A DNA stretch of 64,000 nucleotides from Acidobacteriota bacterium. Its GTDB lineage: Bacteria > Acidobacteriota > Thermoanaerobaculia > Gp7-AA8. The stretch is taken from NCBI GenBank assembly GCA_019244185.1, contig JAFATB010000018.1:1-64000 (forward strand), read 5' to 3'. The notes beneath the pieces are model-generated. The model was not told the DNA's origin and searched no databases. It saw only the letters and a program-made list of their open reading frames with translations. A program made the translations under genes and the position numbers. Shown here one piece after another: positions 9,375 through 19,049 of this stretch (position 1 is the stretch's first letter; every line of letters starts with the position of its first letter).

Positions 9375-10420
9375 ACGAAAGCCTCCGTGCGCACGAGCGC
9401 GGCGTACGCATCGCGGTAGCGGCGGGCCATGGTCTCGACGGTGAAGGTGAGGGCGCGCAGTTGCGCGCGCTGGCTCAGCTCGTGGCGCAGCGGCGCGTTC
9501 CCGATGACTTCATTGACCACGCGCGCGATGGTGTCGGTGTTCCGCGGTGGCACGAAGACGGCGGCGTCGCGCCAGATCTCGCGCAGCGACGGGATGTCGC
9601 CGAGGATGAGCGCGCAGCCGGAGAGCGCGGCCTCGAGGATCGACAGGCCGAACGGCTCATACAGCGCGGGGAAGAGATAGATCGCGCTCTCGCCGTACGC
9701 GCGCGCGACGCCTTCCGTGTCGAGCCAGCCGAGGTAGGTGACGTTCTCCGCGTTCGTGCCGCCGTCGCCGGCCATGCGCACCGGCCACTCGATGCGCGGC
9801 GCGGCCTCGACGACGGCGCGGAGGTTCTTCGCTTCGTCCCACAAACGTCCGGCGGCGAAGACCGACGCGCGGTGGCCGTGGCCGGTCGATGGCTCGAAGC
9901 GGCGGCCGTTGTAGATGAGGGAGCGCGGCGTGGTGAAGCGATAGTGCTCGTCGAGCGCGCCGAGCATCCACGCGCTTGGCGCGGCGACGAGCGCCGCGCC
10001 GGCGAGCCCGCTCGTCACGCGGCGGTGATACTCGCTTCGTTCCGCCGGCGCGTCTTCACCTTTCACCGCGCGCCACCACGAGAGCACGCACGAGTGCGCG
10101 ACGACGAGCTTCGGCGCGCGGAACGGCAGCGCGCCGTGCACGTAGCCGTTGAGATGCACGAGATCGGGCTGCCGTTCGCGTTCGAGCGCGAGCAGCCATT
10201 CGCCGGCGCGGTCGACGTCCTCCCACGGATCGTCCTGCCATTCGAGCTTCCAGTCGCTTTCGACGAGCTCCACGTTCGGCGGCACTTCTCCGTGTTGCGC
10301 CTCGGTGGCGCGGCGTCCCATCGTCGCGAGCGTGAAGCGGACGTCGGGCAGCGCGCGCGTCAGCTCCATCGCGTACGTCCAGACGCCGCCGACGGTGTCG
10401 GCCGTCATGAGGACGTTCAT
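9371..10420 (-). CDS. Glycosyltransferase family 4
   Basis: MNVLMTADTVGGVWTY; the GT4 EX7E motif appears as YEPFGLSILEAA; ATG 10420 overlaps the upstream stop. Confidence 0.85.
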   Translation of the reverse strand: MNVLMTADTVGGVWTYAMELTRALPDVRFTLATMGRRATEAQHGEVPPNVELVESDWKLEWQDDPWEDVDRAGEWLLALERERQPDLVHLNGYVHGALPFRAPKLVVAHSCVLSWWRAVKGEDAPAERSEYHRRVTSGLAGAALVAAPSAWMLGALDEHYRFTTPRSLIYNGRRFEPSTGHGHRASVFAAGRLWDEAKNLRAVVEAAPRIEWPVRMAGDGGTNAENVTYLGWLDTEGVARAYGESAIYLFPALYEPFGLSILEAALSGCALILGDIPSLREIWRDAAVFVPPRNTDTIARVVNEVIGNAPLRHELSQRAQLRALTFTVETMARRYRDAYAALVRTEAFV

Positions 10421-11391
10421 CGCCGGCCCGCCTCGTAAATCGAGTCGAGCGCCGCGGCGACGTCGACCACGTGCTCGATCTCGGGATCGAACGCGCGGCT
10501 CGCGGCGAGCCTGCGCGTCCAGTCGACGATCGCGCCGCCGCCCCACGCGTCGCCCGGCTCGGTGAGCCGCGTCGTCCGCGTTTTCTGGTGATGCTCGGCG
10601 ACGAAGTCGTAGAACGAGCCGCCGACGTTGTGGAAGGCCGCCGCGCCATCCGTGCCGTAGAACGTCGCGCCGATGACGGCGTCGCGTCCGGCGCTGACGT
10701 TCCACGAGCAGGCGAGCTGCATCGCCGCGCCGCTGGTGAGATCCATCAGCGCGACGGCGTAGTCTTCGACGGCATGGCCGCCGTGATGAAAGAGCCGCGC
10801 GGCTGTGCGTTCGACGCGCGGAAAGCCGAGCGTCCAGAGCGCGAGGTCGACGAGGTGGATGCCGAGGTCGATGACGCAGCCGCCGCCGGAGAGCGTGGCG
10901 TCGTAGAACCACGGCTTGTCCGGTCCGTACGCGTTGTGGAAGACGAGGTCAGCGGCGTAAACCTCGCCGATCGCGCCGTCCGCGACGAGCTTCCGCACCG
11001 CGCGCATCGCGTCGGTGAAGCGATACGAGAGATCGACGCCGAGGAGCCGGTCGTTCGCGCGCGCGGCATCGACGACGCGCCGCGTTTCCTCCGCGTTGCG
11101 TCCGAGCGGCTTCTGGCAGAACACCGCTTTGCCGCGTTCGAGCGCGGCGATCGCCTGCTCCGCGTGCATCGCGCTCGGCGTCGCGATGACGATCGCGTCA
11201 GCGTCGCTCGCGAGGAGCTCGTCGAACGAGAGCGTGGTGTCGTCGATGGGATCGCAGAGGTACGCGATCTCCGCCAGCCGCGCGTCCGCGACGGCGTTCA
11301 TGCGATGCCGCCCGATCCAGCCGAGCCCGGCGAACGCGAGGCGCGGGAGGGCGGAGGCGGGGGGAGGGGCGGGGGCGGCGGAGGTGCTCAT
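10417..11391 (-). CDS. Gfo/Idh/MocA family oxidoreductase
   Basis: AGLGWIG Rossmann motif, IATPSAMH, VFCQKP, GGGCVIDLGIHLVD. Confidence 0.88.
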   Translation of the reverse strand: MSTSAAPAPPPASALPRLAFAGLGWIGRHRMNAVADARLAEIAYLCDPIDDTTLSFDELLASDADAIVIATPSAMHAEQAIAALERGKAVFCQKPLGRNAEETRRVVDAARANDRLLGVDLSYRFTDAMRAVRKLVADGAIGEVYAADLVFHNAYGPDKPWFYDATLSGGGCVIDLGIHLVDLALWTLGFPRVERTAARLFHHGGHAVEDYAVALMDLTSGAAMQLACSWNVSAGRDAVIGATFYGTDGAAAFHNVGGSFYDFVAEHHQKTRTTRLTEPGDAWGGGAIVDWTRRLAASRAFDPEIEHVVDVAAALDSIYEAGRR

Positions 11392-11416
11392 GGGGCGGCC
11401 TCTCCGCGAGAGCGTG

Positions 11417-11523
11417 GAATGAAGAATGAAGAACGCAGAACGCAGAACGTAGAAAGGAGCACCGCCACCCGCGGAGCGTTTCTACATTCTGCATTCTGCG
11501 TTCTGCGTTCTAAATTCATCTTC
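11417..11523. repeat. Heptamer-tandem inverted-repeat element, copy 1
   Basis: GAATGAA-GAATGAA-GAACGCA-GAACGCA-GAACGTA, a spacer, then complementary TGCATTC/TGCGTTC units; intergenic within the operon. Confidence 0.85.
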
Positions 11524-12473
11524 TAAAACAGAATCGTCCCTTTCACGAATCGGTCCGGCCGCTGTTCGACGTCGTCCAGCGCGCGGCCGAGCTCGTCGAG
11601 CGCGTAGTCGTTCGTGAGCAGCAGCTCGGGATCGATCGTGCCGCGCAGCACCGCGTCGACGGCGTCCTGCATGCCGCGCACGTAGTTGCGCGGATCGCGC
11701 TCGTGCGCGTTGATGACGTCGAGGCCGAGCCAGTTCCAGTTCTGCATGTTGACCTGGCGCGGGCCGTCCTGGTGGTAGCCGGCGATGACGAGGCGGCCGC
11801 GCTCGCCGATGATGTCGTTGGCGATGTCGAGCGGCCACTGCGCGCCGACGCATTCGAGGACGCGCTCCGCGCCGCGACCGTCGGTGAGCTCGCGCATGCG
11901 GCCGACGATCTCGCCGTGATCGCGCATGGCGATGGTCTCGTCGGCGCCGCAGGCTTTCGCGAGCTCGCGCGCGGCGTCTCGCCGCGAGATGGCCACGACG
12001 CGCGCGCCCGCGGATTTCGCGAGCTGGATGAGCAGATTGCCGAGGAAGCCCGCGCCGATGATGGCGACGGTCTGTCCGGCGGCGATGTCGGAGCGGCGAA
12101 AGATGTTCATCGCACAGCCGATCGCCTCGCCGGGGAAGCGCCGCTGCGCGAGCGCGTCCGGAATGCGCACGAGCGCGTCGCTTTCGGCGAGGTCGTACTC
12201 CGCGTACGCGCGTCCCGAGAGAAACGCGACGCGCTCGCCGAGGTTGACGCCGTCAACCGCGTCGCCGATTTTATCGACGACGCCCCATCCTTCGTGGCCA
12301 GGCGCGCCGGGATCGAGCGGATAGGTGAACCACGGGCGTCCTTCCCATACCGCGAGGTTCGACGCGCAGACGCCGCAGCCTTCGAGGCGGATGCGCACCT
12401 GCGCCGATCCGGGCTCAGGCGGACCGACGTCGACAAGCGTGACGGAGCGGGGAGAGATGGAGGCGGCCTTCAT
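11523..12473 (-). CDS. Zinc-binding (MDR family) dehydrogenase
   Basis: CGVCASN, PGHEGWG, IIGAGFLG. Confidence 0.88.
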   Translation of the reverse strand: MKAASISPRSVTLVDVGPPEPGSAQVRIRLEGCGVCASNLAVWEGRPWFTYPLDPGAPGHEGWGVVDKIGDAVDGVNLGERVAFLSGRAYAEYDLAESDALVRIPDALAQRRFPGEAIGCAMNIFRRSDIAAGQTVAIIGAGFLGNLLIQLAKSAGARVVAISRRDAARELAKACGADETIAMRDHGEIVGRMRELTDGRGAERVLECVGAQWPLDIANDIIGERGRLVIAGYHQDGPRQVNMQNWNWLGLDVINAHERDPRNYVRGMQDAVDAVLRGTIDPELLLTNDYALDELGRALDDVEQRPDRFVKGTILF

Positions 12474-12485
12474 GAGTTTGAAGAT

Positions 12486-12588
12486 GAATGAAGAACGCAG
12501 AATGCAGAACGAAGAACGAAGAAAGGGGCCGGGCCGGGACGCGGTTCTCTTTCAACGTTCTTCATTCTGCGTTCTGCGTTCTTCATTC
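12486..12588. repeat. Heptamer-tandem inverted-repeat element, copy 2
   Basis: GAATGAA GAACGCA GAATGCA GAACGAA GAACGAA ... TTCATTC TGCGTTC TGCGTTC TTCATTC. Confidence 0.85.
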
Positions 12589-12592
12589 GTTT

Positions 12593-13729
12593 TTATTCTT
12601 TCGCTTGCGCCGCGGCCGCGACCGGCCGTTCGCCCACGCGCCCGCCGCCGGCGACGCGCTTCGCGGCGATCGACGCCGGTTCTTCCGCGTGCTGCACCAT
12701 CGCCGGGATGCCGGCGGTGAGGAGCCATTCCCGGAGACGGCGCACGCCCTCGCGTGTCCCGACGCGCGGCGACCAGCCGGTGCGCGCGGAGAAGCGGCGC
12801 GCGTCGGAGACGTAGTACTTCTGATCCCCCGTGCGCCAGTCGCTCCACGTGACGCGCGGCTCGCGTCCTTCGAGCTCGCGGATCATCGCGAGCAGCTCGC
12901 GCAGGCTGATCGTGTTGGTCGCGCCGCCGCCGATGTTGAACGCCTCGCCGGCGCAGCGGTTCATGTCCGCGGAGGCGAGGAGCATCGCGTCGACGAGATC
13001 GTCGACGAAGAGGATATCGCGGACCTGTTTGCCGTCGCCGTAGATCGCGATCGGCTCGCGGTTGATCGCGCGAATGAGGAAGTGCGCGACCCACCCCTGA
13101 TCCTCGGTGCCGAACTGGTGCGGCCCGTAGATGCAGCTCATGCGGAAGACGATCGTCTGCAGTCCGTAGCTGCGCGTGTAGTCGCGCACATACTGGTCCG
13201 CGGTGCCTTTCGAGCAGCCGTACGGCGAATGGAAGTCGAGCGGCCGCGTCTCGCCGACGCCGTGCTTCGCGACGCGCACGTTGCGCGGCGTGTAACGCAG
13301 CGCCTCCTCGTCGAGCGTGACGTCGGAGAGCCCGCCGTACACCTTGTTCGTCGAGGTGAAGAGAAGCGGCGGACGATGATTGCTGTTGCGGATCGCCTCG
13401 AGCACGTTGAGCGACGCGCGCGCGTTGTTCTCGAAGTCGCTGACGGGATCGTCGAGGCTCGTCGTCACCGCGACCTGCGCGGCGAGGTGGAAGACGCGCG
13501 TCGCGCCGCGGACGGCTTCGCGCACGGCGTTCGCGTCGCGCGTGTCGGCGACGCGTGCGAGCAGCCGCTCGCCGTGCTGCGCGCGCAGCCATTCGAGATT
13601 GCGCTCGACGCCGGCGCGCGAGAGGTTGTCGAAGACGCAGACGCGATGGCCGTCGCGCAGGAGACGATCGGCGAGGTTCGTCCCGATGAAGCCGCAGCCG
13701 CCGGTGATGAGGACGTAGCCGTCGCTCAT
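12593..13729 (-). CDS. NAD-dependent epimerase/dehydratase (CDP-paratose 2-epimerase-like)
   Basis: ITGGCGFIG, HLAAQVAVTTS, STNKVYG, SPYGCSKG (YxxxK), FRMSCIYG; ATG 13729. Confidence 0.87.
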   Translation of the reverse strand: MSDGYVLITGGCGFIGTNLADRLLRDGHRVCVFDNLSRAGVERNLEWLRAQHGERLLARVADTRDANAVREAVRGATRVFHLAAQVAVTTSLDDPVSDFENNARASLNVLEAIRNSNHRPPLLFTSTNKVYGGLSDVTLDEEALRYTPRNVRVAKHGVGETRPLDFHSPYGCSKGTADQYVRDYTRSYGLQTIVFRMSCIYGPHQFGTEDQGWVAHFLIRAINREPIAIYGDGKQVRDILFVDDLVDAMLLASADMNRCAGEAFNIGGGATNTISLRELLAMIRELEGREPRVTWSDWRTGDQKYYVSDARRFSARTGWSPRVGTREGVRRLREWLLTAGIPAMVQHAEEPASIAAKRVAGGGRVGERPVAAAAQAKE

Positions 13730-14844
13730 ACCGTCAACCCCCGCGCGTGGAGCTCCGCGGCCGCCTGCTGCACGTTGTCGACGGCGATCTGTCCCTCGAG
13801 CCACTGCGCGAGCTCGATGAGCGAGTCTTCGAGCTGCACGCGCGGCTCGTATCCGAGGAGCGAGCGGGTGAGGGAGATGTCGGCGAAACAGTGGCGGATG
13901 TCGCCGACGCGATACTTGCCGGTGATCTCCGGCTCGATGCGCTTGCCGAGGACTTCCGCGAGACGGCGGCCGATCTCGAGCACCGTGTAGTTACGCCCGC
14001 TGCCGACGTTCAGCGCCTGTCCCGCCACTTCCTCCGCGCGCTCCATCGCCAGCCGGCACGCCTCGGCCACATCGAGCACCGACACGAAGTCGCGGCGCTG
14101 CTCGCCGTCTTCGTTGACGAGCGGAGGATTGTCGTTGAGCAGGCGCGACGCGAAGATCGCGAGCACGCCGGTGTACGGATTCGACAGCGCCTGGCGCGTG
14201 CCGTAGACGTTGAAGAATCGCAATGCAACGGTGGGGATGTTGTACGCGCGGCCGATGAGCAGGCAGAGCCGCTCCTGATCGAACTTCGAGAGCGCGTACA
14301 CCGACGAGAGCGCGGGCGGCTTCGTCTCCGGCGTCGGGATCGGCGTGAGCGGCTGGCCGCCGTCGTCGAGCACTTCCCACTGCCGCTGCTTGAGCTGTTC
14401 GAGACCGCGGTCCTGTCCGGGGACGATCGTGCCCGCGGCGTCGCGGTAGAGGCCTTCGCCGTAGAGGCTCATGCTCGAGGCGACGACGAGCCGGTCGACA
14501 GGATGTGCGATCAGCGCTTCGAGCAGCACCGCGGTGCCGCGGTTGTTGACGTCGGTGTAGCTGTCGACGGCGTACATCGACTGCCCCACGCCGACTTTCG
14601 CGGCGAGATGGAAGACCGTGTCGATGCCGTCGAGCGCGCGCGCGACCGCGGACGCATCGCGCACGTCGCCGACCTGCAACTCGACGTCGGCGTCGAGATA
14701 GTCGGGACGCCGCTGCTTGTTGCCGTGGACCTGAGGATCGAGGTTGTCGAGGACCCGCACGCGATGCCCGTGCGCCAGAAGAGTGTCCGCCAGATGCGAA
14801 CCGATAAAGCCTGCGCCGCCGGTGATCAGCACCGCTCTCGTCAT
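13726..14844 (-). CDS. NAD-dependent epimerase/dehydratase (NDP-sugar 4-epimerase-like)
   Basis: ITGGAGFIGSH, VASSMSLYGEG, YALSK, LRFFNVYG. Confidence 0.88.
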   Translation of the reverse strand: MTRAVLITGGAGFIGSHLADTLLAHGHRVRVLDNLDPQVHGNKQRRPDYLDADVELQVGDVRDASAVARALDGIDTVFHLAAKVGVGQSMYAVDSYTDVNNRGTAVLLEALIAHPVDRLVVASSMSLYGEGLYRDAAGTIVPGQDRGLEQLKQRQWEVLDDGGQPLTPIPTPETKPPALSSVYALSKFDQERLCLLIGRAYNIPTVALRFFNVYGTRQALSNPYTGVLAIFASRLLNDNPPLVNEDGEQRRDFVSVLDVAEACRLAMERAEEVAGQALNVGSGRNYTVLEIGRRLAEVLGKRIEPEITGKYRVGDIRHCFADISLTRSLLGYEPRVQLEDSLIELAQWLEGQIAVDNVQQAAAELHARGLTV

Positions 14845-14898
14845 TCACGCATCTCTTTTCAGATGGAAGTCATTGCTGGAGACCTGGGGTTTTGGTCC

Positions 14899-14914
14899 AG
14901 CAATCCGCACGCCA
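14899..14914 (-). promoter_or_regulatory. Putative sigma-54 (-24/-12) promoter of the sugar-modification operon
   Basis: Minus strand TGGCGTGCGGATTGCT gives exact TGGC-N7-TTGC spacing about 55 nt upstream of ATG 14844. Confidence 0.55.
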
Positions 14915-14996
14915 CAGTATGCAAACTATGGTCGAGCTTTCTTGCAAGTTACGCAAACGAGAGGCGTTGCGTGAATTGCAAAAATGCGCGTGCGAC

Positions 14997-15908
14997 TTAT
15001 CGCGAGCCGGCGCTGGCGGTTTGCTGCGCCTTGCCGTCGCGCGCGGCCACGAAGTCGAGGTGTGCGACGAACGACCGGAAGAGCCGCTCGCTCGCGTCGG
15101 CAGGCGTCTGGTCGGCTGACAGCGCCTCGACGGGCGAGGCGATCTGCAGTTGCAGCTCGGGCGCGCGCGTCAGCATCTGGATGAGCATCTCGGAGATCGC
15201 GAACTGCTTCGGCAGCTTGACGTCGTGCGCTTTCGCCGCGGCTTCGAGCGCGTCGCGCGTCGCGGGCGCGAGCTCGCGCATCGAGCCGACGAGCGTCGTT
15301 TCGATGTGGCTCGACGCGGGCGTGATGATCGTGACGCGGCTGTGCGCGGCGTCGTATTCGTCGGTCGCGTCGATGATGCCGCGCGTCGCGGGGAGGAAGA
15401 GCTTGTCGCCGTTGTTCGGGTCGAGCTTGAGGAAGATCTCGGGACGCAGCAGGCGTCCGGAGTTGCACGCGCTGAGCACGAGATAGCGCAGCCCGACCGG
15501 CTCGAGGATCTCCTGCAGCGCACCGACGGAGACGTACGAACGATCGGCCGGCGGCTCTTTGCCGGCCTGCACTTTCAGGCCGTTGCCGTTCGTGCCGTGC
15601 GTCTCGAGGATCAGCGTGCGTACGCGCGCGCCGGGATGCTCGAGGTTGTACTGGTGGATGTCGGCGAGGATCTGCAGCCAGTCCGCGCTTTCGAAACACG
15701 CAAAACCAAGCGCGGTGTAGAAGCGGCAGTTGCCGGGCACGGAGAGATCGGGACTGAACACGATGCCGACGCCGGTGCCGAGCTCGTCGAGATTTGCGAA
15801 CGGCGCCGCGGGCCACGCGCGCGCGAGCAGCGTTTCGGTGCGCTCGAGCGCGTGCGCGGACGTCATCACGAAGAGGATGAGGACGAGATGGATCGGGACG
15901 CGTTTCAT
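14997..15908 (-). CDS. Secreted hypothetical protein
   Basis: ATG 15908; signal peptide MKRVPIHLVLILFVMTSAHA; globular-looking sequence with ETHGTNG and LSACNSG (His/Cys arrangement loosely caspase/CHAT-like). Confidence 0.7.
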   Translation of the reverse strand: MKRVPIHLVLILFVMTSAHALERTETLLARAWPAAPFANLDELGTGVGIVFSPDLSVPGNCRFYTALGFACFESADWLQILADIHQYNLEHPGARVRTLILETHGTNGNGLKVQAGKEPPADRSYVSVGALQEILEPVGLRYLVLSACNSGRLLRPEIFLKLDPNNGDKLFLPATRGIIDATDEYDAAHSRVTIITPASSHIETTLVGSMRELAPATRDALEAAAKAHDVKLPKQFAISEMLIQMLTRAPELQLQIASPVEALSADQTPADASERLFRSFVAHLDFVAARDGKAQQTASAGSR

Positions 15909-16037
15909 GGCCGTGCTGCAACGCGTCCTTGCGCGCTCCACGCCAACTCGCGCGCGGCTCAGCTCGCCGGAATTCCGTCGTTCCATCGCTGACGCTGGAC
16001 GGGGAGATATCTGACACCTAAATTTGCAAGAGGACGC

Positions 16038-18249
16038 GTGGACAAACTTCTCGAGTCGGTACTTGCCGCAATCCCGCTGCCGATCGCGGGAGTCGACGCC
16101 GCGGGGCTCGTGACCTTCTGGAACGACGCCGCCGAGCGCGTGTACGGCTGGCCTGTCTCCGCGGTCCTCGGCCGGCCGCTGCCGACCATCCCCGAAGAGC
16201 TGCGGCCGGAGTTCGAGCGTCTGCGCGGCGCGGTGTTCCGCGGCGAGCAGTTGCCGCCGGTCGATACGCGGCGGCGGCGCCGCGACGGCTCGGTGTTCGA
16301 GGTCACGATGGGCATCGTCGGCGCGCGCGGCGCCGCGGGCGCGATCGACACCGCGATTGCGATCACGCACGACCTCACGGCGATCCGCGCGGCGGAACGG
16401 CGTTATCGCGCGCTCGTCGACGCCGCCGACGTCGCGGTGATGATCGTCGCGCCGGACGGCACGATCGTCGACTTCAACCGCGGCGCGGCCGCGATCTTCG
16501 CGTGGCAGGGCGCGCCGCCGTCGCGGCTCGCCGACATCGGCGATCTCGACGAGGAGCTCGCCACCGCGAAACGCGAAGGGCGCTACTCCGGCGAACGCTG
16601 GTGCCGCCGCCGCGACGGCGAGCGCTTCTGGGCCGATCTCGTGATCGGTCTCGCGGGCGGCGCGGGGATGCCGTCGGACGCGATCGTGATCGTGCGCGAC
16701 GCCACGCGCCGCAAGGTCACCGAGGAGCAGTTGCGCGAGCGCTTGCTCGAGCACGCGGCCGTCGCCGCGTACGCGCACCTGGCCATCCACCAGCGCGACC
16801 TGCGCATCCTCGGCGAAGCGGCGCTCGCCCACGTGAGCACCGCGCTGGCGGCCGAGCGCACCGAGCTGCTTTGCAAGCCGGTCGGCGCGGCGATGCTCGA
16901 GGTCGTGCAGGTGTTCGGCGCAGGAGCCTCCAACGTTGGCGCGACGATCCCCGCGCGCGGACCGACCGTCGTCGCCGCGGCCGCGGCCGCGCGCGCGCCG
17001 GTCTTTCGCGAGCTCACGGAGAGCGACTACGGGGCGTGGCCGCATCTGCGCGGCGTGGTGCGCTACGGCGCGGCGAGCGCGGTGCAGACGGACGACGAGG
17101 TGCGCGTCGTCGCGGCGTATTCGCGCGAGCATCCGTTCGATCAGGCGTCGATGTATCCGCTGCAGGCGATCAGCGCGATCTACGCGGCGGCGTTCACGCG
17201 GAGCTTCGCGGAGGAGCAGGTCGCCAGCCGCGAGCACGCGTTGAGTCTCACCCTCGATCAGGCGCCGATGATCGTCTCCACGCTCGACCGCGAGCTGAAC
17301 TTCACGTCGCTGCGCGGCTCCGCGCTGTCGCGAGTCGGCCTCGCCGCGAGCGACCGCGTCGGACGCTCGCCTCGTTGAACTGCTCGGGTCGGAAGAGAAC
17401 GCGCCGGTGCAAGCTGTCCGCGCCGCGCTCGAAGGACGTTCGACGAAGTATCACTACACGTTCGAAGACCGCGAGTTCGAGAACGTCACCGAGCCGATGC
17501 GCGATCACGACGGCACGATCGTGGGCGTCATCCATGCCGGCTACGACATCACCGAATTCCGCGCGACGGAGCGCGCGCTGCGGCAGTCGCGCGACGAGCT
17601 CCGCCGCCTCTCCGCGGCGATGAACGAGATCCAGGAGAACGAGCGGCGCCGCATCGCGCGCACGGTGCACGACGAGCTCGGCCAGCATCTCACCGCGCTG
17701 CGATTCGAGGTCGGGCTGCTGCTGCGCGAGCTGCGCGGCGGACGCACCGACAACGCCGAGAACCGCATCGCGTCGATGCTGCAGTTCATCGACGGCACGA
17801 TCACGACCGTGCGCCGCGTCGCCACGGAACTGCGCCCGGCGGTCCTCGACGACTTCGGCTTGCGCGCGGCGCTCGAGCAGGAGGCGCGCGCATTCGAGAA
17901 CCGCACCTCGATCGCGGTCAATCTCGACGTCGAGCCCGAGCACGTCGACCTCGCGCGCGCGGCGGCGCTGTACCGGATCGTGCAAGAGGTCCTGACGAAC
18001 GTCGCGCGGCATTCGGGCGCGACGCAAGTGGACGTGCGGATCGCCATGCGCGGCAACGACATCGAGGCGGACATTCGCGACAACGGCCGCGGCATCGCGC
18101 CCGAGGACATCCGCCGTTCGTCGAGTCTGGGCATCCTCGGCGTGCGCGAACGCGCGTACGCGTTCGGCGGCGAAGTGCTGATCGAGGGAGTTGCGGGAGA
18201 AGGGACGCGCGTGTTCGTCACGCTGCCTCATGAAGATCCTGATCGCTGA
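16038..18249 (+). pseudogene. PAS-PAS-GAF-PAS HisKA_3 (NarX/UhpB-type) histidine kinase split by a +1 frameshift near 17370
   Basis: ORF 16038..17378 (PAS/GAF) and ORF 17407..18249 (ERRRIARTVHDELGQ, QEVLTNVARH, DNGRG) join into ...VGRS-LVELLGSEENAPVQAVR... if one C at 17370 is removed. Confidence 0.75.
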
Positions 18250-18856
18250 CGATCACAGCGTGGTGCGCCGCGGCCTCCAGCAGGTCATCTCCGAACGCCC
18301 CGACTGGAGCGTGGTGGCCGAGAGCTCGTCCGCCGAGGACGTGCTACCCGCGCTGCGGCGCACGCCGGTCGATCTGGTGATGCTCGACGTCTCGCTCGGC
18401 GAGCGCAGCGGCATCGACGTGCTCGGCCACATCCGCGCCGAGTTCCCGAACGTGCCGGTGCTCATCTTCAGCATGCACAACGAGGAGCAGTACGCGATCC
18501 GTTGTCTGCGCGCGGGCGCGGCGGGCTACGTGCCGAAGGACAGTTCGCCGGAGACGATCCTCGAGGCGATCGAGCGCGCGGCGACGGGACGCACGTACGT
18601 CACGCCCGCGGTCGCGGAGCAACTCGCCGCGGGGCTCACGCCCGGTGTCACCGTCGCGCCGCACGAGATGCTGTCGGACCGCGAGTTCGAGGTCTTCCGC
18701 CTCATCGCCACCGGCCGCAGCCTCACCGACATCGCCGAGTCGCTGAGCCTCAGCATCAAGACCGTCAGCACGTACCGCACGCGCATCCTGCAGAAGACCG
18801 GCTTCCGCTCGAACGCCGAGATCATCGCCTACGGCATCCGCACGGGACTCGTGTAG
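18230..18856 (+). CDS. NarL/LuxR family response regulator
   Basis: MKILIADDH; LSDREFEV...SIKTVSTYRTRI LuxR HTH; overlaps the kinase end. Confidence 0.92.
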   Translation: MKILIADDHSVVRRGLQQVISERPDWSVVAESSSAEDVLPALRRTPVDLVMLDVSLGERSGIDVLGHIRAEFPNVPVLIFSMHNEEQYAIRCLRAGAAGYVPKDSSPETILEAIERAATGRTYVTPAVAEQLAAGLTPGVTVAPHEMLSDREFEVFRLIATGRSLTDIAESLSLSIKTVSTYRTRILQKTGFRSNAEIIAYGIRTGLV

Positions 18857-19049
18857 GAGAAAGACGTACGGATCTCCGTGCTTCCGTCCGATAGAAGCGC
18901 TTGCCTTCCGTCCGTACCGTGACGAACGGTCCAAACCGTTGTCGACAAAATCTCGTTCGCTGAGCTCCGCTCGCGGGCAGGCTGCGTTTGCGGATGCGCA
19001 CGTGGCCGGCTCGCGCGCGGACGTCACTGTTCCCGGAGGGGTTCCACCA

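Noticed and set aside
11417-12588. Heptamer repeats as a CRISPR array
   Set aside because: There is no repeat-spacer periodicity with unique spacers and no cas genes; the units are 7-bp tandems in inverted arms.
16011-16028. TGACACCTAAATTTGCA as a sigma-54 promoter for the kinase
   Set aside because: It lacks the GG doublet and the spacing is off by one base.
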